Positions 14,211 through 28,200 of a stretch of DNA of 64,000 nucleotides are shown in pieces (within the stretch, counting starts at the first letter, position 1; every line of letters begins with the position of its first letter). The notes beneath the pieces are model-generated. The model ran no database searches. It worked only from the letters and a program-made list of their open reading frames with translations, and was not told the origin of the DNA. The DNA comes from Phoronis australis (Eukaryota; Animalia; Phoronida), in NCBI GenBank assembly GCA_002633005.1, contig NMRA01000053.1, forward strand, positions 998,780 through 1,062,779, given 5' to 3'. The position numbers were made by a program, and so were the translations under genes.

Positions 14211-15344
14211 AAACATCATTTTTAGAGCATTCTCGGTTTTTACCTGAAACTAACCAATGGAAAATACATAAATGTTGCGATAATATTTGGAATGAGCCAA
14301 TGGGAGGCTGCGTTGGATTTGACAATTATAAAGTCTTTGGCTGAACCCTCTCTCCTTCGCGTCGTACGGTGTCACGAACGAACTGCAATTTTCTAACCCA
14401 AGTTTCGTCTCTGATTGGTCAAAGTATTGTCTGACGGTATAACTCAATTAGCGATAATCAACACATACCTGTTACGACGCTGAGGATATTTCAAGTGATC
14501 ATCGTTTATCAAGAGTGTTATCGCTCTTAAAATAACAGTAGGCAATTTTCTCCGTTGTCACGTGACTCAATTTCATGATTCCTCGTTCAGAGCAGTAACT
14601 ACAAGTTTTAGCGTTAGCCAGGAGGGAGGGCGCTGCCACTTGTTTCTAGAACGTTTTCTGCCTGGAAGTCGGAAGTGCAAACTTACAAAATTATCTTCTC
14701 AAGTTGCGCGTATTCTATACACGCAGAGGATCGGCGAGTGGTTGAAACAAGGCGTCACGAACACTGCAATAAAGTGATAGTAGTCTCGAACCCAGCCTCT
14801 AATTAGCATTGCATTCTAGTGCACATATCTGATATCTGGTACTTTATTGGCCAATCAAGGGTGAGATGAACCGACGTATTAAAATCAGCTGAACATAAAA
14901 AGCATAATTTTATCATGATCCACGTGACAAACGCGGGTTGTGATCACCATGTTCACTGCTCACCAGATATCATTTGAGCAGAACGCGTTGTTTTGGTTTG
15001 GAGTACAATTGTGCTTTATTCACCATATCTAAATATGATTAAAAAAGAGGAGTGTGTACTTGATATCATTTGGCTGCATCTGAATAAATGTTTGCCTCAG
15101 CAAAATTGGAAATATGAAAGAAATAAGAAACATATGTACTCATGCAAATCAAGCGTGAGTTGCTTATACGGGAGACCCTTGCGAAAACGTTGTTGGTTAT
15201 ACCGGAGCTACGGCTAGCGTTCCTAACAACTCGAATTCATATCCAAAGTAATATACACCTCACTAACGAGAAATTGGATTTCTGTTTATGTTTGACATTA
15301 AACAAAGTTTCAATTTAACTTTAAATCGACCCAGTTGTCAGTTA

Positions 15345-15550
15345 TCTTTCCCCTCTTATCGCCATCAGCGTGAACGTCGCCATCATCATCACGGCTGTAA
15401 CAATAAACATCACCAAAGCCATCGCCGTCAACATATTTTGAATTCTTCGTCTTCTTTTTACCCCGTTTCCGTCTTTTTTCATCATCAAAGTTGTCGTTAC
15501 CTTAATAACCGACTTCATTGTCACATTCATTAACATCCTTTTCACCATCT
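15345..15550. repeat. Degenerate (CAT)n microsatellite
   Basis: Trinucleotide periodicity. Confidence 0.7.
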
Positions 15551-16129
15551 TTGCACGGGTGGCCGAAGTCGTACAGATATTAAACGGTAGTCTGATCTAC
15601 ACTGCCATTGTGACGTAAAAGACTCAGGATGGATTGCTATCGATCGTTTTAAAGAAAAATTAGATTTGTTATTCGATACAGTAGCGGTAAAGGACTCTTG
15701 CAAAATAAATCACTAGAATGTCAAGTTCAAAATTAGTTTTATGTAAACAATCTGATATGGACTATTCTACACCGAGTCGCCAACTGAGTTGCTCAACCGC
15801 TTCGATTCGACAAGATGGACAACAGAACGTGAATGCTAACTAAAGTCTGTCGTTCTCGAGGAGTTATTATAGCCCAAAGTTTTGTGTCAATTACACGGAA
15901 AGTAGTTCGTGTCTTTCCACGTTTTGGCATATTGTGTTGATAAATTTTGACAAATCACGCTCTAGGATTCCCGAAATTCCAATGCCTTATAACGGGGAGG
16001 AATGAGGTTCAAAGGTGAAAATGGAAACACGTTCTTTGCCTCTTCGTTAATCGAGAAAGTTTGGCTTAACATGACAAGAAAACACTTTCACAAAAATTGC
16101 GATTTGGCAGGGTTTGTCAAAGGTGCACC

Positions 16130-16285
16130 ATCGATTTTACGCCCGAAAAACTCATTTTGGGATGGCAGAGATTTTTTGAACAATAAAACAACAAAATATG
16201 CTGTGTTTTAGTGGTTTTATTACAAATTGCCAATTCTTGCCGTTGTCTGCCAGGCTATCTCGTCGGTGTTTTTCCGATTAAGTCG
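16130..16285 (+). repeat. Dispersed repeat fragment, homologous to ~36085-36260
   Basis: Shared TTTTACG.CCGAAAAAC.CATTTT and TTACAAATTGCCAATTCTTGCCGTTG. Confidence 0.7.
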
Positions 16286-18659
16286 CTTAAATTACTTAAT
16301 TGTTATACGCGTGGGATTTGGTTCCGCGGAATAGCTTTCCTCAGCTACTATACTTCGGGGCTAGCGGTTCGATTCCACGCTACTGCTGATTTCTCTGTGA
16401 TTATTTTTCCTGTGGAGAGTGCCCCTTTAACAGATGTATGTTTGTGGCCATCCTGTCTGGTAGACACTCAAGTACTCTGAGTATAAATGTTACGGGGGAA
16501 TGGAAATACAGTGGTTGTAGCGTATCTAAATTATCATCAGTACACGTGTTACGTAACGTATCTTGTGTCATCAGTATGTGCGTGAAACTCAAAAACACTG
16601 AAACAAATAAGTAAACAATTTAAATTGCTACCGATGTCATTGGTTCTGAAAGTTTGGCAAAAACAATAATTAGGAATTTAAATAAAGCAATGATTGCACA
16701 TGACCATATGTTGTACGGTACGGAATTCCACAAGTACACTAGAGTTTAATCAACTACTTTCAAGCATCGAGAAAAGAAAACGATTCAGTTTCATTATGTA
16801 ACTGGCCGATCTAGGATATCGTAATCTAACAACACAAAATGAGATGTCGTCGCCCTTTATAGGTCGTGTCCGAAAGAGGGCGGGACCCATGCCCCGCTAA
16901 ATTCGCCATTGCATGACAACATATGTGTACAGAAAAACACTCGAGCCCCGAGCCCATGAAATAACAAACTCGCTTTGTGGAATACGATTGTCACATTTTG
17001 ACAAAATAAACTAATGCAACAATATTCACCACAAAAACAGCGCAAGCCTTTGAAGTCTTAAACAAGCGAATAATTAATCCTATTTTGAAATGAATTTGGT
17101 ACAATGCGCGATTAAATCCCCGGCCTGTCATACACGTCATAAAGATTAACGTTGAACCGATAATTGCGCCTGAACCCATTTCTGGCTTATTTCAAAAGGA
17201 TTTAAAGAGATTTGGACTAAAGTCAAATTGAGATATCTTTTCTAAAAGAAACCCCTAAAATGAAATATTTTAGTATATCACAATGTCAGAAATAGATTTT
17301 TGTGTAAGATGATACAGAAAACAATTTCCTGGGGAAATAACGAAAGGAGTGCAAAAATGCTGAAGATGAGAAATCATTCGGCCTACTTACGTCATATCAC
17401 ATACAAATTTCAGGATCAAAATGTAGGAATACGTATGCATACTAGTCAAGAAGGCACTATTTTCATATTTGGATATTTTGATATTAAACTCCATTGATAT
17501 GAATTTATATTGACATAGCTCATGACATGTAGAACTCTTTACTTGTTTTATGGGTAGATTTAAGGAGAATCGCATGGGCTGCGGACCCCTTGCGACCATG
17601 ACCAAAAATAAACCACTATCTACACGTACATTTTTCCTCGGAAATTAGCGGTGCGGGTAGTGCATTCAAAATCGAAAGGCACAAAATTTGCTACTGATGC
17701 ATTGTATTATTTGAAGGAAGCTTCACTTCCGGTTGGCCAGCTCACAAAACTGCTAAAAACCTACGCGTTTGGGGAATGTACAATTGTCCTCCCGAAATTC
17801 GCGCTCGTTGTTAATATTGAGTTCTACATAAATTTCATTTCTTGGCAGTTTGATGACCGAGTCCAAACCTCAACATTTTACATATCACCTGTTCCCTCAA
17901 TGCACAGACACTGTACTGTCATTTAAAATTGATAAACGCGTTGAAACCAACCTCATCAGTCTTCGAACGCAATGCCCTGTGTACACTTCGATTTTTCAAA
18001 TAGCACGATCTGATTTATGGCTTTAAAGGATTTTAATACAACGAGGCGAATTTCATTGAGACCATTTGAAACGTCAGAAAAGTTATCTAATGCCTCGGGC
18101 CACAACACTACAGCTGTAGCTGTTATTGTCATGTCTTGTAATGGCGGCATGCCTTCAAATTCCCTTCCGAAGTTCGCCCTTGGAACACGAGAAAGTGAAA
18201 ATATGTGTCTAGTCCAGCCCAGGCACAGACTTATCCCTGAACGTCTTGCATTGGTGCAACTTGTTCTGTTTCATACACATATAGCGCAAGGCGGAAGTTG
18301 TCATTCTGCGCATGACATTAAACAGCTGATGCTAATTCGGCGCTGAAATGAAGAACCGGATGTACATGTATAAAAATGCGCGCAGTCGATAAGTACTTCC
18401 TCCTTCAGCCAGGTTTGCGGTAATACAGCGATTAGAAGTGGTGCAAGTTAACCTAGAACAAGTTACCGAAGTCCTCAACACGATGAATATGTCACAATTA
18501 GTGGGGCAAGTTACACTAGCGTCCAGACAGCCACCAAACCTAGCAATTACTCGTTCCATGAGTATTTTTTCTAGGATAAGTCTGTGTGTGGACGGCACTT
18601 AAGTACACTCCTTGTATGTACGTACCAACAGGTCATGCTGAGTTCCGAGTTGTGTGTTT

Positions 18660-18785
18660 AAGGAAGAAGGAACAGAAGAAGAAGATAAAGAATGACAATA
18701 AGAAGAAGAAGAACGATGAGAAGAACAACAATAACAAAAAAAAACGAGAATAAAAACGAGAAGAGGAGAAGTGAGACGAAGAAGA
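18660..18785. repeat. Degenerate (GAA)n purine-rich tract
   Basis: GAAGAA/CAA repeats. Confidence 0.8.
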
Positions 18786-21700
18786 CTTGGCAAAAAAGTT
18801 GCATTAGTTGGATAAACTTGCAAACTGGTTAATGCACGAATGGAACGTATCACACTTATTATGTTACCACTGCCAGATTTTAGGTTGCTTCTAAAATAGC
18901 AACGGCTTTCGCCCAAGTTGTTGATAATATCTCTCCCGTATTAACGTCACCCCTCGAACTGCCTCGTTCAAGTAACACACACGTGTTGGTTATTTCCAAG
19001 AGAATACTAAAAAACTTAATGTGCTAGAACTAATCGTTTTGAAAGTATAAGTAACAGAATCAATATAGAACCTAAACCACTACGGAGACACACGATGTCT
19101 GGCATCAGTGTGCAAGTCTACACGTTAAGGCAGGCTGCGTTATAAAGGAGATTGGAATTTCTTGCAGTAAAACCTAGAGCGCATGTTCCGAAATTGCAAT
19201 TTCTGTTACATCCAGCACCCAAAGTACGCCCGGGACTGAGCCACATGCGAAAAGTGGGAGAATAATAAACAATGTACGATAATAAATGACATGGTAATTT
19301 TTGAGTAGGTGATAATCTGAATCTAGAATAGTAGCCAGAAAGACATTCAACTGATGTTCTCTAGCCATTTCTACACACTTAAAGAGCTCCCACCGTGACC
19401 CTGTGTCTCAGAAAGAATTTTATTAATACATCTTAACAGATTTAATAGCCTTTAGTACACCTGTTGCCAAGAAATAAGCTAAAACTTTTTAGAATTTTTT
19501 TTTTCTGTTATCGAGGTTGTACGTAATGGGTGGAAGACGGTCTCTGCCATTTTTGCTTTTACCAGTGCAATACTAGGAAAGTCCGCGGAGAGCCGCCTTT
19601 TTTAGACACGAAAAGGAGCGATTGTGGAGCCTGTAGTAACAGCAACTTGACTGAAAACGTCTCTGTTCAAATTTCCTAAATACGTGAAGGTTGCACAGAA
19701 ATGGCATCGGTTTGTTGTGCGCCGCACGGGAACGTGGAATGTCAGCGTGGAACATTTGATTTCGGCAATCGGGAGCCACACTTTGTTCATCACATTTCAA
19801 GGAATAGTCTTTCGACTAAACACAAACGTGGCGTTACGATAAAGGACTCGGCACCTTGTTAGTGAATTTGCATAACGAGCAAAGTGCTTCCATTCAAGGG
19901 CGAGTGATGCCAGGTCCTCGACCCCGGCCCAGATCGAGTGGTACGGCACGTAGGCTTATGCATTGTGTTTAGACCATGCTCATCGTGGCAATAGTGAATA
20001 CGAGGGATCCAAGTTCATTGTAGCCTTTGTCAGTGGTTTATAAAGTGTCTATTTCGTGAATACTTACCACCCCTTCTTTCAGTTGGTTGTGGCTAACATA
20101 TGTCTGCAGTATTTCTCGTGCAAGTGGGTCGAGTTCATAAGGCCTCAAAGTCGACGAAAGTTCGCTAAGTGGGAAATCGAATTCATTGTCTGATTCTTCA
20201 AGTACTTGAGTGTGATGCCCGTATCCACTCTACTCTCTGTCTGCATAATAATTTTCCAGTTCTCGCTCAAAATCATCCCCGTCGTCTGATCTACTGTTTT
20301 CCGCCATTGTGACCAAACGTCTTCCACCCATTACATCATTTGGCGGGAAATTTGGAATACTAATTTTTCTTCAAAATTAAAAAATTCGTGTCTATTTAAC
20401 ATTAAAATTGAAGTGCTTATATAGTTAGATTTTGTGGTATTCACTTCACATTAACTAACTGAAACCGCCATAACTAAGAAAATGCATGGTGGTAACTCGT
20501 AATATACGTTTTGTCGCTCACAAAACCTTATTTTTACTTTTTACCGCCATGTTTGTAAATCGTGTAAACATGTACCATCAGACAATAATACTGACGCTGA
20601 AAGAAGTTCCCCATACCTATATTCTTAAAAAATTCTGCTTACAGGACTTACATATGAGTAGCGAATGGGCTTGGAATTTTTCGGTTTATTGTCATGTTAG
20701 ATTTTAAAGGGTCAGTTTGTCCCGGTAGTGAAATTCTTTATTGGTGACCTTTGGGAAATCACAAAAAGTTATCAGACTTTTTGACAACTCACACGAAATA
20801 GGAATTGCTTCAATAAAGACGTAATTCCAGAAGGATATTGTAACGGAACGTTCTGTGGGATTTTCACAACCATATTATGCGCAAAAGGGGATTCTAAAAA
20901 GTCATAATATTGAAGCAAAATTCTACGAGGAAATGACTTTTCTCGCAGACAGAAATTTTGAAAAATGTAACTCAGAGCTATAGTTGAGATTCTTTAATTT
21001 GCAAGATCGAGTTCTTTGACTTTTTTAAAGACAAATTGATGAAATGACATTTAGTTGTGGCTTTCCAACACAACTGGTACTAGACAAAGAGATTGTGAGA
21101 AAGAAATCATTTTGCAAAAGAAAAAAAAAACATTTGCAGTTGGTACGATTTGGGATGTTAAACGGACAGATAGACGAATAGGCCAACAGGGAGAAAGGAA
21201 GAAGACAGTATATGACACGGGATAAGACAAATGCGAGTACATGTACGTGGAATGTTTCATAAGAGGAAATATTGCTTCAATGAATTCTGTACTTTCAATT
21301 GAAGCCAGTGCGGACATTGGTTTTTGAAGTCGTATCAACAACTTCACGAACCACTGCAAAAACTATTTTGCAATCACTCTTATAACAGTTATTTTACATG
21401 AGAAATGCTGGCAAGCGATTGCACGAGCCTAATTCGGGATTGTAATGGAAAACGTCTGAAACGCCATTCAATGATGTTTCCTACCAGACTTCATCTAACA
21501 TACAACGTAGATCTATACGAAATATTACGTACTTTATTCGTACGTGTTATAAAACTGTAGCCGAAACAAAAATAGTTGTCAATTATTTATCAAACAATTC
21601 CATGCTATTTATTTATTAACTCCCTTATGCTGGAGACTGCGCTCGGTTTTGAGTTAACTATAATACCTAGACACTCATTGACATAGAAAATCTTCGCAAG

Positions 21701-22760
21701 CGGAGGTCGACGATTTCTGAAGCAGAGAGCTCGCGCTGCAGGTTAAAATTACATTATGGCAAATGTAGAGAGGCGTTTACACCTGCGAACTCGGAGTAAT
21801 TTGCAATTGATCATGAGTAGTCACAGTACATTAGATGGAGGAAAAGTTACTCTACATCCCCACAGACGTGAAGCCTAACTTTCATGCAGTCAGCGAAGTA
21901 ACGAATCCATTACGAAATTATTAAGGGTATACGGTATAGTTACACTTGGCTCAGATGAAACCGTGCAGATTTGAGCTTCATGCAGCACCCTTATTAAAAA
22001 CCGTTGTTTGAGGTTCATGTTTTGGGGTGGAACTCCTCATTTTGTGATTTTTGGAAAAACGGCAAGTAGGCATTTAAATTAAACTCAAAAACACCACGGC
22101 CCAAATGCAGTTCACTGATTGGTTCAACAGGAAGAGCCACCGCCACTAATTAAATTGAGAGTTCGGCTTAACACGACTAACGCTTCATGGTACTAATAGT
22201 ATTGTAATATTTTTTTGCGAAATGCACAAAAACCTTGACCATGGAGTTTGACCTCGAATCACACAGGTTTAAAACGACACACAATTCAAGTGCAAGTGAC
22301 AGAAATGCACGATCTGTGATGTTTTTTCAGTCACTTTCACTGGAAATTGCCGTGGTAAGAGTGCCTAAGTTTGGCTGGAGTTCAGGCTCCATTGCAATTT
22401 TTGTCCAGTATGAATTATTGTGGTGCGTGGTAAGGGTTTGCCCCCGTGGTAAGAGTTTTCACTCACTGAAGGCTGCATCATTAATACAGTCGTACAGAAG
22501 TCATGGTTCACGGCAACATCTGTTACGGTAGTAACACAGTCAACGGCTGTTAGCAGCAGTGACATGGTATGTTGCCAGGTCTGCAATAACACATGTGGGT
22601 CTATATGCATTGGTAGAAATCTAAATCTGAAGTAGTGATACGGTAGCGGCTGGTAGCGTCTGTGGACAGTCGGTAGTCAGTTGCTCGAGAATTTTACCAA
22701 AAAAAGTATTTTCGAAAAAAATATTCTTTTGTTGTTGTTACGAGTTACGACGCACACCCG

Positions 22761-22890
22761 GGTAGAGTTCAATCGCAGCGTGAAAATTCTGGCCAAAATC
22801 ACGCGCTCTCATTGAAAATACACGGAAATATCTCGGGGAATCTCCGGAGATATCGCTTTTCTAGCGAGACATTATTACTGAACACTCTCC
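22761..22890. mobile_element. ~140-bp MITE family copy (GTTCARTAAC...GTTAYTGAAC ends)
   Basis: Inverted homologs at 25095-25230 and 38283-38420. Confidence 0.6.
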
Positions 22891-22981
22891 TGGATTCTAA
22901 AAAAGTTGTCCTTTGTTCTATTTACACGCGACTTTCATAAACTAAGCAATTTCCAAGTATAGAAAGCCGTCGTTTAAACTA

Positions 22982-23384
22982 CACGGTCAACGGACTCATA
23001 AACACGATTCACGGACCTGCAAACACCGTCCACTGACTCACAAACACGGGAACGGACTCACAAAAACACGATACACGCACCCAAATACACGGGACACAGA
23101 CTCATATTCACGAGGAAACACGGTTAACGGGCCGCCAAACACGGTTTACGGACAAAATGAAGATGTCAGCTGACCCTGGAAGCCGATGAGTCCGTGACCC
23201 GTGTTTGCCGGTCCGTTAACCGTGTTTCCTCGTGAATATGAGTCCGTGTCCCGTGTATATGGGAGCGTGGATCGTGTTTTGTGAGTCCGTTCCCGTGTTT
23301 GTGAGTCAGTGGACGGTGTTTGCAGGTCCGTGAGTCGTGTTCATGCGTCAGTCTGTGCCCGTGTTTATGAGTCCGTTGACCGTG
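22982..23384. mobile_element. Foldback MITE with TA TSD and ~170-bp arms built from ~21-bp subrepeats
   Basis: TA|CACGGTCAACGGACTCATAAACACG ... CGTGTTTATGAGTCCGTTGACCGTG|TA. Confidence 0.88.
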
Positions 23385-23817
23385 TACGGTAGTTTAAGGA
23401 ACCTTGTTAGTGAAGGAACTGAAAATTCACAGCAGTCGATTTACTTTTAACTGTCGTTTATGTCCTTTAGCTCACCCCATGCCGTACGGCATGCAACTAT
23501 CCAACTGTCCTAGCTAATAAACTACTTAGCATGGTTTCCGTAGTCAAATCCCGTGCACACAGTTCTGGACTGCATGCAAATGCAATATGCAATGATACAC
23601 CGTAAATTGTAACAATTTCGTTGTTACATTTTACGTCATTGTTACATTTTACGTTGCTAAGCCTCTCCTAAAATGTAACAAGTAGTTGCATGTTACGTAA
23701 TTGTTATATTTTACGTTGAATGCACATGTGAGAAATGTACCATTGTTATATTTTACGAAACTAACGTCCTATTACAAAGAAATGACCAAAATCAAGAACA
23801 AGTGGTGTCTGGCACGG

Positions 23818-24099
23818 CCGGGGCGTACTTGAGTATTTTTGGACGAGGGGCGCTGCCCGAAAAATTGGATACCTACCCGTTTAGAGAGTGGGTTCCGACA
23901 AAAAGTGACCCATCTAGAGACTAATTTTGTGTAAAAATTCACATTTTCGCCCAGTCGTGTTCCAGAAATTCAGAAAAGGCACCCTTTTAGAGAGTATTTT
24001 TTTTGAAAATGGCATCGTTTTGGAGAGTATTTTTGCTGTATAAAACACCCTTTTGGGCGGCACTGTTCGTATACCTCTTCTATAGGAATGTCTTCCGGG
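23818..24099. mobile_element. CCGGG-terminated MITE nested in the long-TIR element; related 3' fragment at ~11075-11171
   Basis: Ends CCGGGGCGTACT and GAATGTCTTCCGGG; CGTATACC.CTTCTATA.G shared with 11140-11160. Confidence 0.55.
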
Positions 24100-24124
24100 C
24101 TCACACGGCATGAATCTGGCTACC

Positions 24125-24255
24125 CATTATCATTTTTATTATTATTACATTGCTATAACTATTATTACTGCTATTACTACTATTACTGCTATTACTACTT
24201 TCACTACTATTAATCGTAATCGGTATAGTTATCATTATTATTATTAATAATATTT
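24125..24255. repeat. (ATT/ACT)n microsatellite
   Basis: ATTACTGCTATTACTACT repeats. Confidence 0.85.
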
Positions 24256-25094
24256 TTACATTTATTTTAACGAGGACACAGTGCAATACACACAATATAT
24301 GTTTTAGCAAAGTGTTAATACACCATAGTCCTCAAAGATTTTAAAATCATCTCATTTACGGTTCAAAGTTTTCACCGGGCTTCCCATAATGGACAGCGAG
24401 TGCTATTTCAAAAGGATTTTAAAGGGGTTCCTACTCAACCTTAACGATATTGTGAGAAACGTCTTGACAACTGTGGATGCAGAGTAGGCCTACTTTTTGG
24501 AAACGAGGAGGTAGCAAAATGGTTAATATACCAAATGCGCATTTATTATAGAAGGGAGGGAGATTAGAAACTCTGTGGTAAGCACAGAGTTTTTCCTTCG
24601 CGCGTGTTTCAAAAATCGGGAATTTTGTGATTTTTTTCAGAACATTTCCTCACAGGAGAAAGTGAAGTACGCAGTACTAGAAGTTGCGAGATAGTACTTT
24701 CCGAGAAAGAAGGCAGTGAGGGTTTGAACAGTTTTCCTCCGTGTGACAAATAATATGCAAACTCATGAAATATGACGTCGCTTTCGTAAAATGCAACAAT
24801 GCTACATTTCTCGCAAGTGTAACAATTACATAAAATGTAACAACTTGTTACATTTATGTAACAACTTGTTACATTTTAGGAGAAGCCTAGCAACGTAAAA
24901 TGTAACAATGACGTATCAATGCCATGGGCTCATGAACTAAAAATTGTGGCGCCGCCAGGAGTGCGCTAAGTAGAGGCGAGAATCTCGCGGACATGCAAGA
25001 ACAATATAAGACTTCGCGAGACAACGCCGTATATTAAAAGTGAAGCACGTGATCACACTAGATTCCTTAGCGAGATTCTTACGTTTTCGAGATT

Positions 25095-25230
25095 CTATCC
25101 AGTAACGCTAGTGTCTCCCTACAAATACAAAATGTCGCGAAATTCCTCGAGAAATCAACATTTATTTTCAATGACATCATGTGATTTTGGTCAAAATTTT
25201 CTCGCCGCGAGACAGTTATTGAACTCGACC
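25095..25230. mobile_element. ~140-bp MITE family copy
   Basis: CAGTAACGCTAGTGTCTCCCTA...GTTATTGAACTCGACC|CAG; homologous to 38283-38420. Confidence 0.6.
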
Positions 25231-28200
25231 CAGGTTAGGATCGGTATCGAAAATACAGTATTGTGAATAAATAGTGAGGGACTACGCGAGTTTATCCATT
25301 TCAGGGTAAAAAATACACGTACTATCTATTGGTTCACTCCTTTTCCACCTAACTACCAAATGGAAGGTTTTGATTTGAAAAATTGAGGCCGAGTTTTGTT
25401 CCATGAAGGGTCCACCAGTTCAGTAGCCTGGCCCCCTGTCTGTAAAAATTAATGACAGGTTACGCGTCTAGCTATGCATGGCGAAAACGATCGCATAGTA
25501 GGGTCGGACAAATGGGTGTATGCTACGTACGTTAAGTAAGCCTTCATGCGTAAATTGATTATTAGCGGCGTAATCAATTTACGCCGTTAAGTTCATTAAT
25601 TAAGAATTATTTTTCCCACATAGTATCACTTTCGACCAATCAGGTTCAAGATCAAAAAGAAAAACGGATGCCCAAATTGTACTTGTACGGGAGAATTAAC
25701 GTGGGTAAATTGAATAAATAAATAATCAATTTACGCCATTAATAAATTAATTTACGCGCGTAACGCACGTGCATGACTTTCCTTCATTTTGTCATCTATA
25801 GTCTAACCTCGACAACTTGGCGGGAACACGAACTTCGTACGATAGGTGAACAAGACCATGTTTACCGAAAGCTTAATAAGCTCTTAATCAAATTTTCATC
25901 TAACCAAATCTTGGTTATGTGTTCATGTATATATCCACGTGTATGTGAAGCGCAGTTTGTGTGTTTTTGGATTATAATTTCAAATCAAATAGCTCGTGCT
26001 ACCTTACTGGCGGCCTCAGGTACTGAACTAAATATGTATCATCGTGATGAGACATTTGCTCTCAAAATGTAACTGCTATTTTCTGCTATTGTCTACCGGC
26101 AATGTACTTCATAATGGTACTCTCGATGATCGAAAACTGTTCGGAGAATATGAGCGAGTGTCTGTGAAGCTATCCAACAGAAAATACAGTCGTATTTAAA
26201 ATAAAATTTTAATATATACATACGTAGTTTATCGGGCCAATCAGATATGAAATACACCGCTGACCAGAAAAATCTTCCCGTTATATACTATTCGTCACAT
26301 GCCATATCGAATTATTCTAGTCTATAATAATAATGTCAAGATCTCTGAATTTAAAACGACTTTGTCAGCATGAACAACGACATACTTACTGTTATTGATC
26401 CTACGGTGCGGGATCGGGCTCTATAATAGATTCTTGACTAATCGACTATTCCATTGCTTCAGCCTATTAGTCAAACTACTGCAATCACAGGAAAGATTTT
26501 AAATGATGCTTCGGTCATCGACAGACAAAATATTAGCTAACTACACTGGATAGCATTCGACGGCAACATCAACATTGATGTGAGCAGCTGTTTACATTTG
26601 TTTGATTGACGAGGACAACTTCTCCGGCGACAATGGTCTTAAAGGAACTTCAGCGGTTTTACGGCCGACAAAACGCATTTTGGGATTATTAGGGATTTGG
26701 GATGACTGCTTGGAGTTATTAGCTTTGAACAGAATTACAAAAGAACAAAATGTGCTGTTTTGTGATTTCATTGCATACGGTCTATTCTCGTCGGTGTCTG
26801 CCAGCCATTCGTTGATATCAAGGTCGGTGACTTTACTAAAGTTAAAAATGTCTTGGGGGCTGATCAAAGAGACAAACTTTTTCACTGATGATGATGTCTA
26901 ATCCAAATCCAAACTACTGGATTTCGGGAAATTTAAACCACTCTCAGCGTATAACATAGACCGCATTCCACTCTGAGGATTAAAGTCGGTCTCCGTTGTA
27001 TTTTTGTCCGCCGGATACTTGTTCGTTCACTGACACTTTACTACAACATTTGTTGTACAATGGATTAGCGTTCATTGTAGTATTCACGTCGTTTTTTTAC
27101 ACATTCGAAATATTGTCGATGTTTCTAGCGTGACCGTTTATACATCATTAATTAAATGGTTGCTATGGCATTACAAATCTATTCTCCTCTAAACTAAACT
27201 AATATATACGTTAATTCCTTCCTCGTTACACGACATAGGCCAAGGAAATTAGCATCTGTACGAGAGTATTTCCAAGCAGTTTCTTTTACATATACCGCGT
27301 ATGTAAACAATGAATTGCGGCAGTTTGCGGAAACCGATAACAAATATAACCACACTAACAGAAAATACAACGTACATGTGGGTGGGTTGTCCACGGTCTG
27401 TTTTCTTATACAACGGGCTTTACAGAAATTCTGGCTGAGTATCGTTTAGCTTGAGAATTAAATATATACTAACTGAGTTACTTTGAACATTCCCCAATCT
27501 TTCGGAAACGAGCGCCATAACTGTGGCCCTTCAGAATAAGAACTGTTCTTCCCCAGCGTTTTCTATCCTTCCGATACGTCAAAATTCAACTTGTTGAAGA
27601 CAGCAGACAACGTAAATTATGCCATTCACATGCAGTCGGGTATGATTTCAAGAATTGTATCCTGTGAGTGAGACCATGGGAGGAGAGAGAGAGAGCACGG
27701 GCTAAATTATTCACATTTTAATCGGTTTTTGAGACCAAAGCTCAGGGTGAAGCTCAAATAGACCCACTATGCTACAAGTTTGAATCTAAAGTTTCATTCT
27801 CACCGCACATTTGCTGCACTTATACGTAGCGGCCAATCTGTTCGAGCGTCAAAAATAACTTGCCACTTTGCCTTCATTCGCACTAGACAATGGTCGGATT
27901 GCGGATTTACCCCAAGTCGAACAAAAGCTGGAACACAATCTCATTATGCTCAACGAGTTTGTCCGGCAGCCTCGAAGATTCTCTTCTATTCAGTGCCCGA
28001 TTGAGATCCCAATTGACTGCTTAGCTTAGTACAAATCTGGAGAATTTATATTAATTTAAATTGCCTCTGGTTTTATACCCTTATTGTCGCTACAAATTCC
28101 CACTCGCACCCAGTTTCTCCAAATCTCCATCCACAATACCCCCATTCCCTGTCGACAGGTTTTCGAGGTATACCAGATCGCCACAATTTTTACCCCTACC

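Larger units (their letters stand above)
23593..24918. mobile_element. Long-TIR element with TGTTACATTTTACG subrepeats and nested insertions
   Basis: ACGTCATTGTTACATTTTACGTTGCTAAGCCTCTCCTAAAATGTAACAAG (23633) is the inverse of ~24863-24914; outer TGATAC/GTATCA. Confidence 0.75.

Noticed and set aside
22982-23384. Periodic short repeats, superficially CRISPR-like (also 37052-37310)
   Set aside because: They are inverted subterminal repeats of MITEs with no unique spacers or cas genes, in eukaryotic DNA.
26592-26901. Overlapping ~98-aa ORFs with a faint Crypton-like N-terminal look
   Set aside because: No recombinase motifs; similarity too weak to support.
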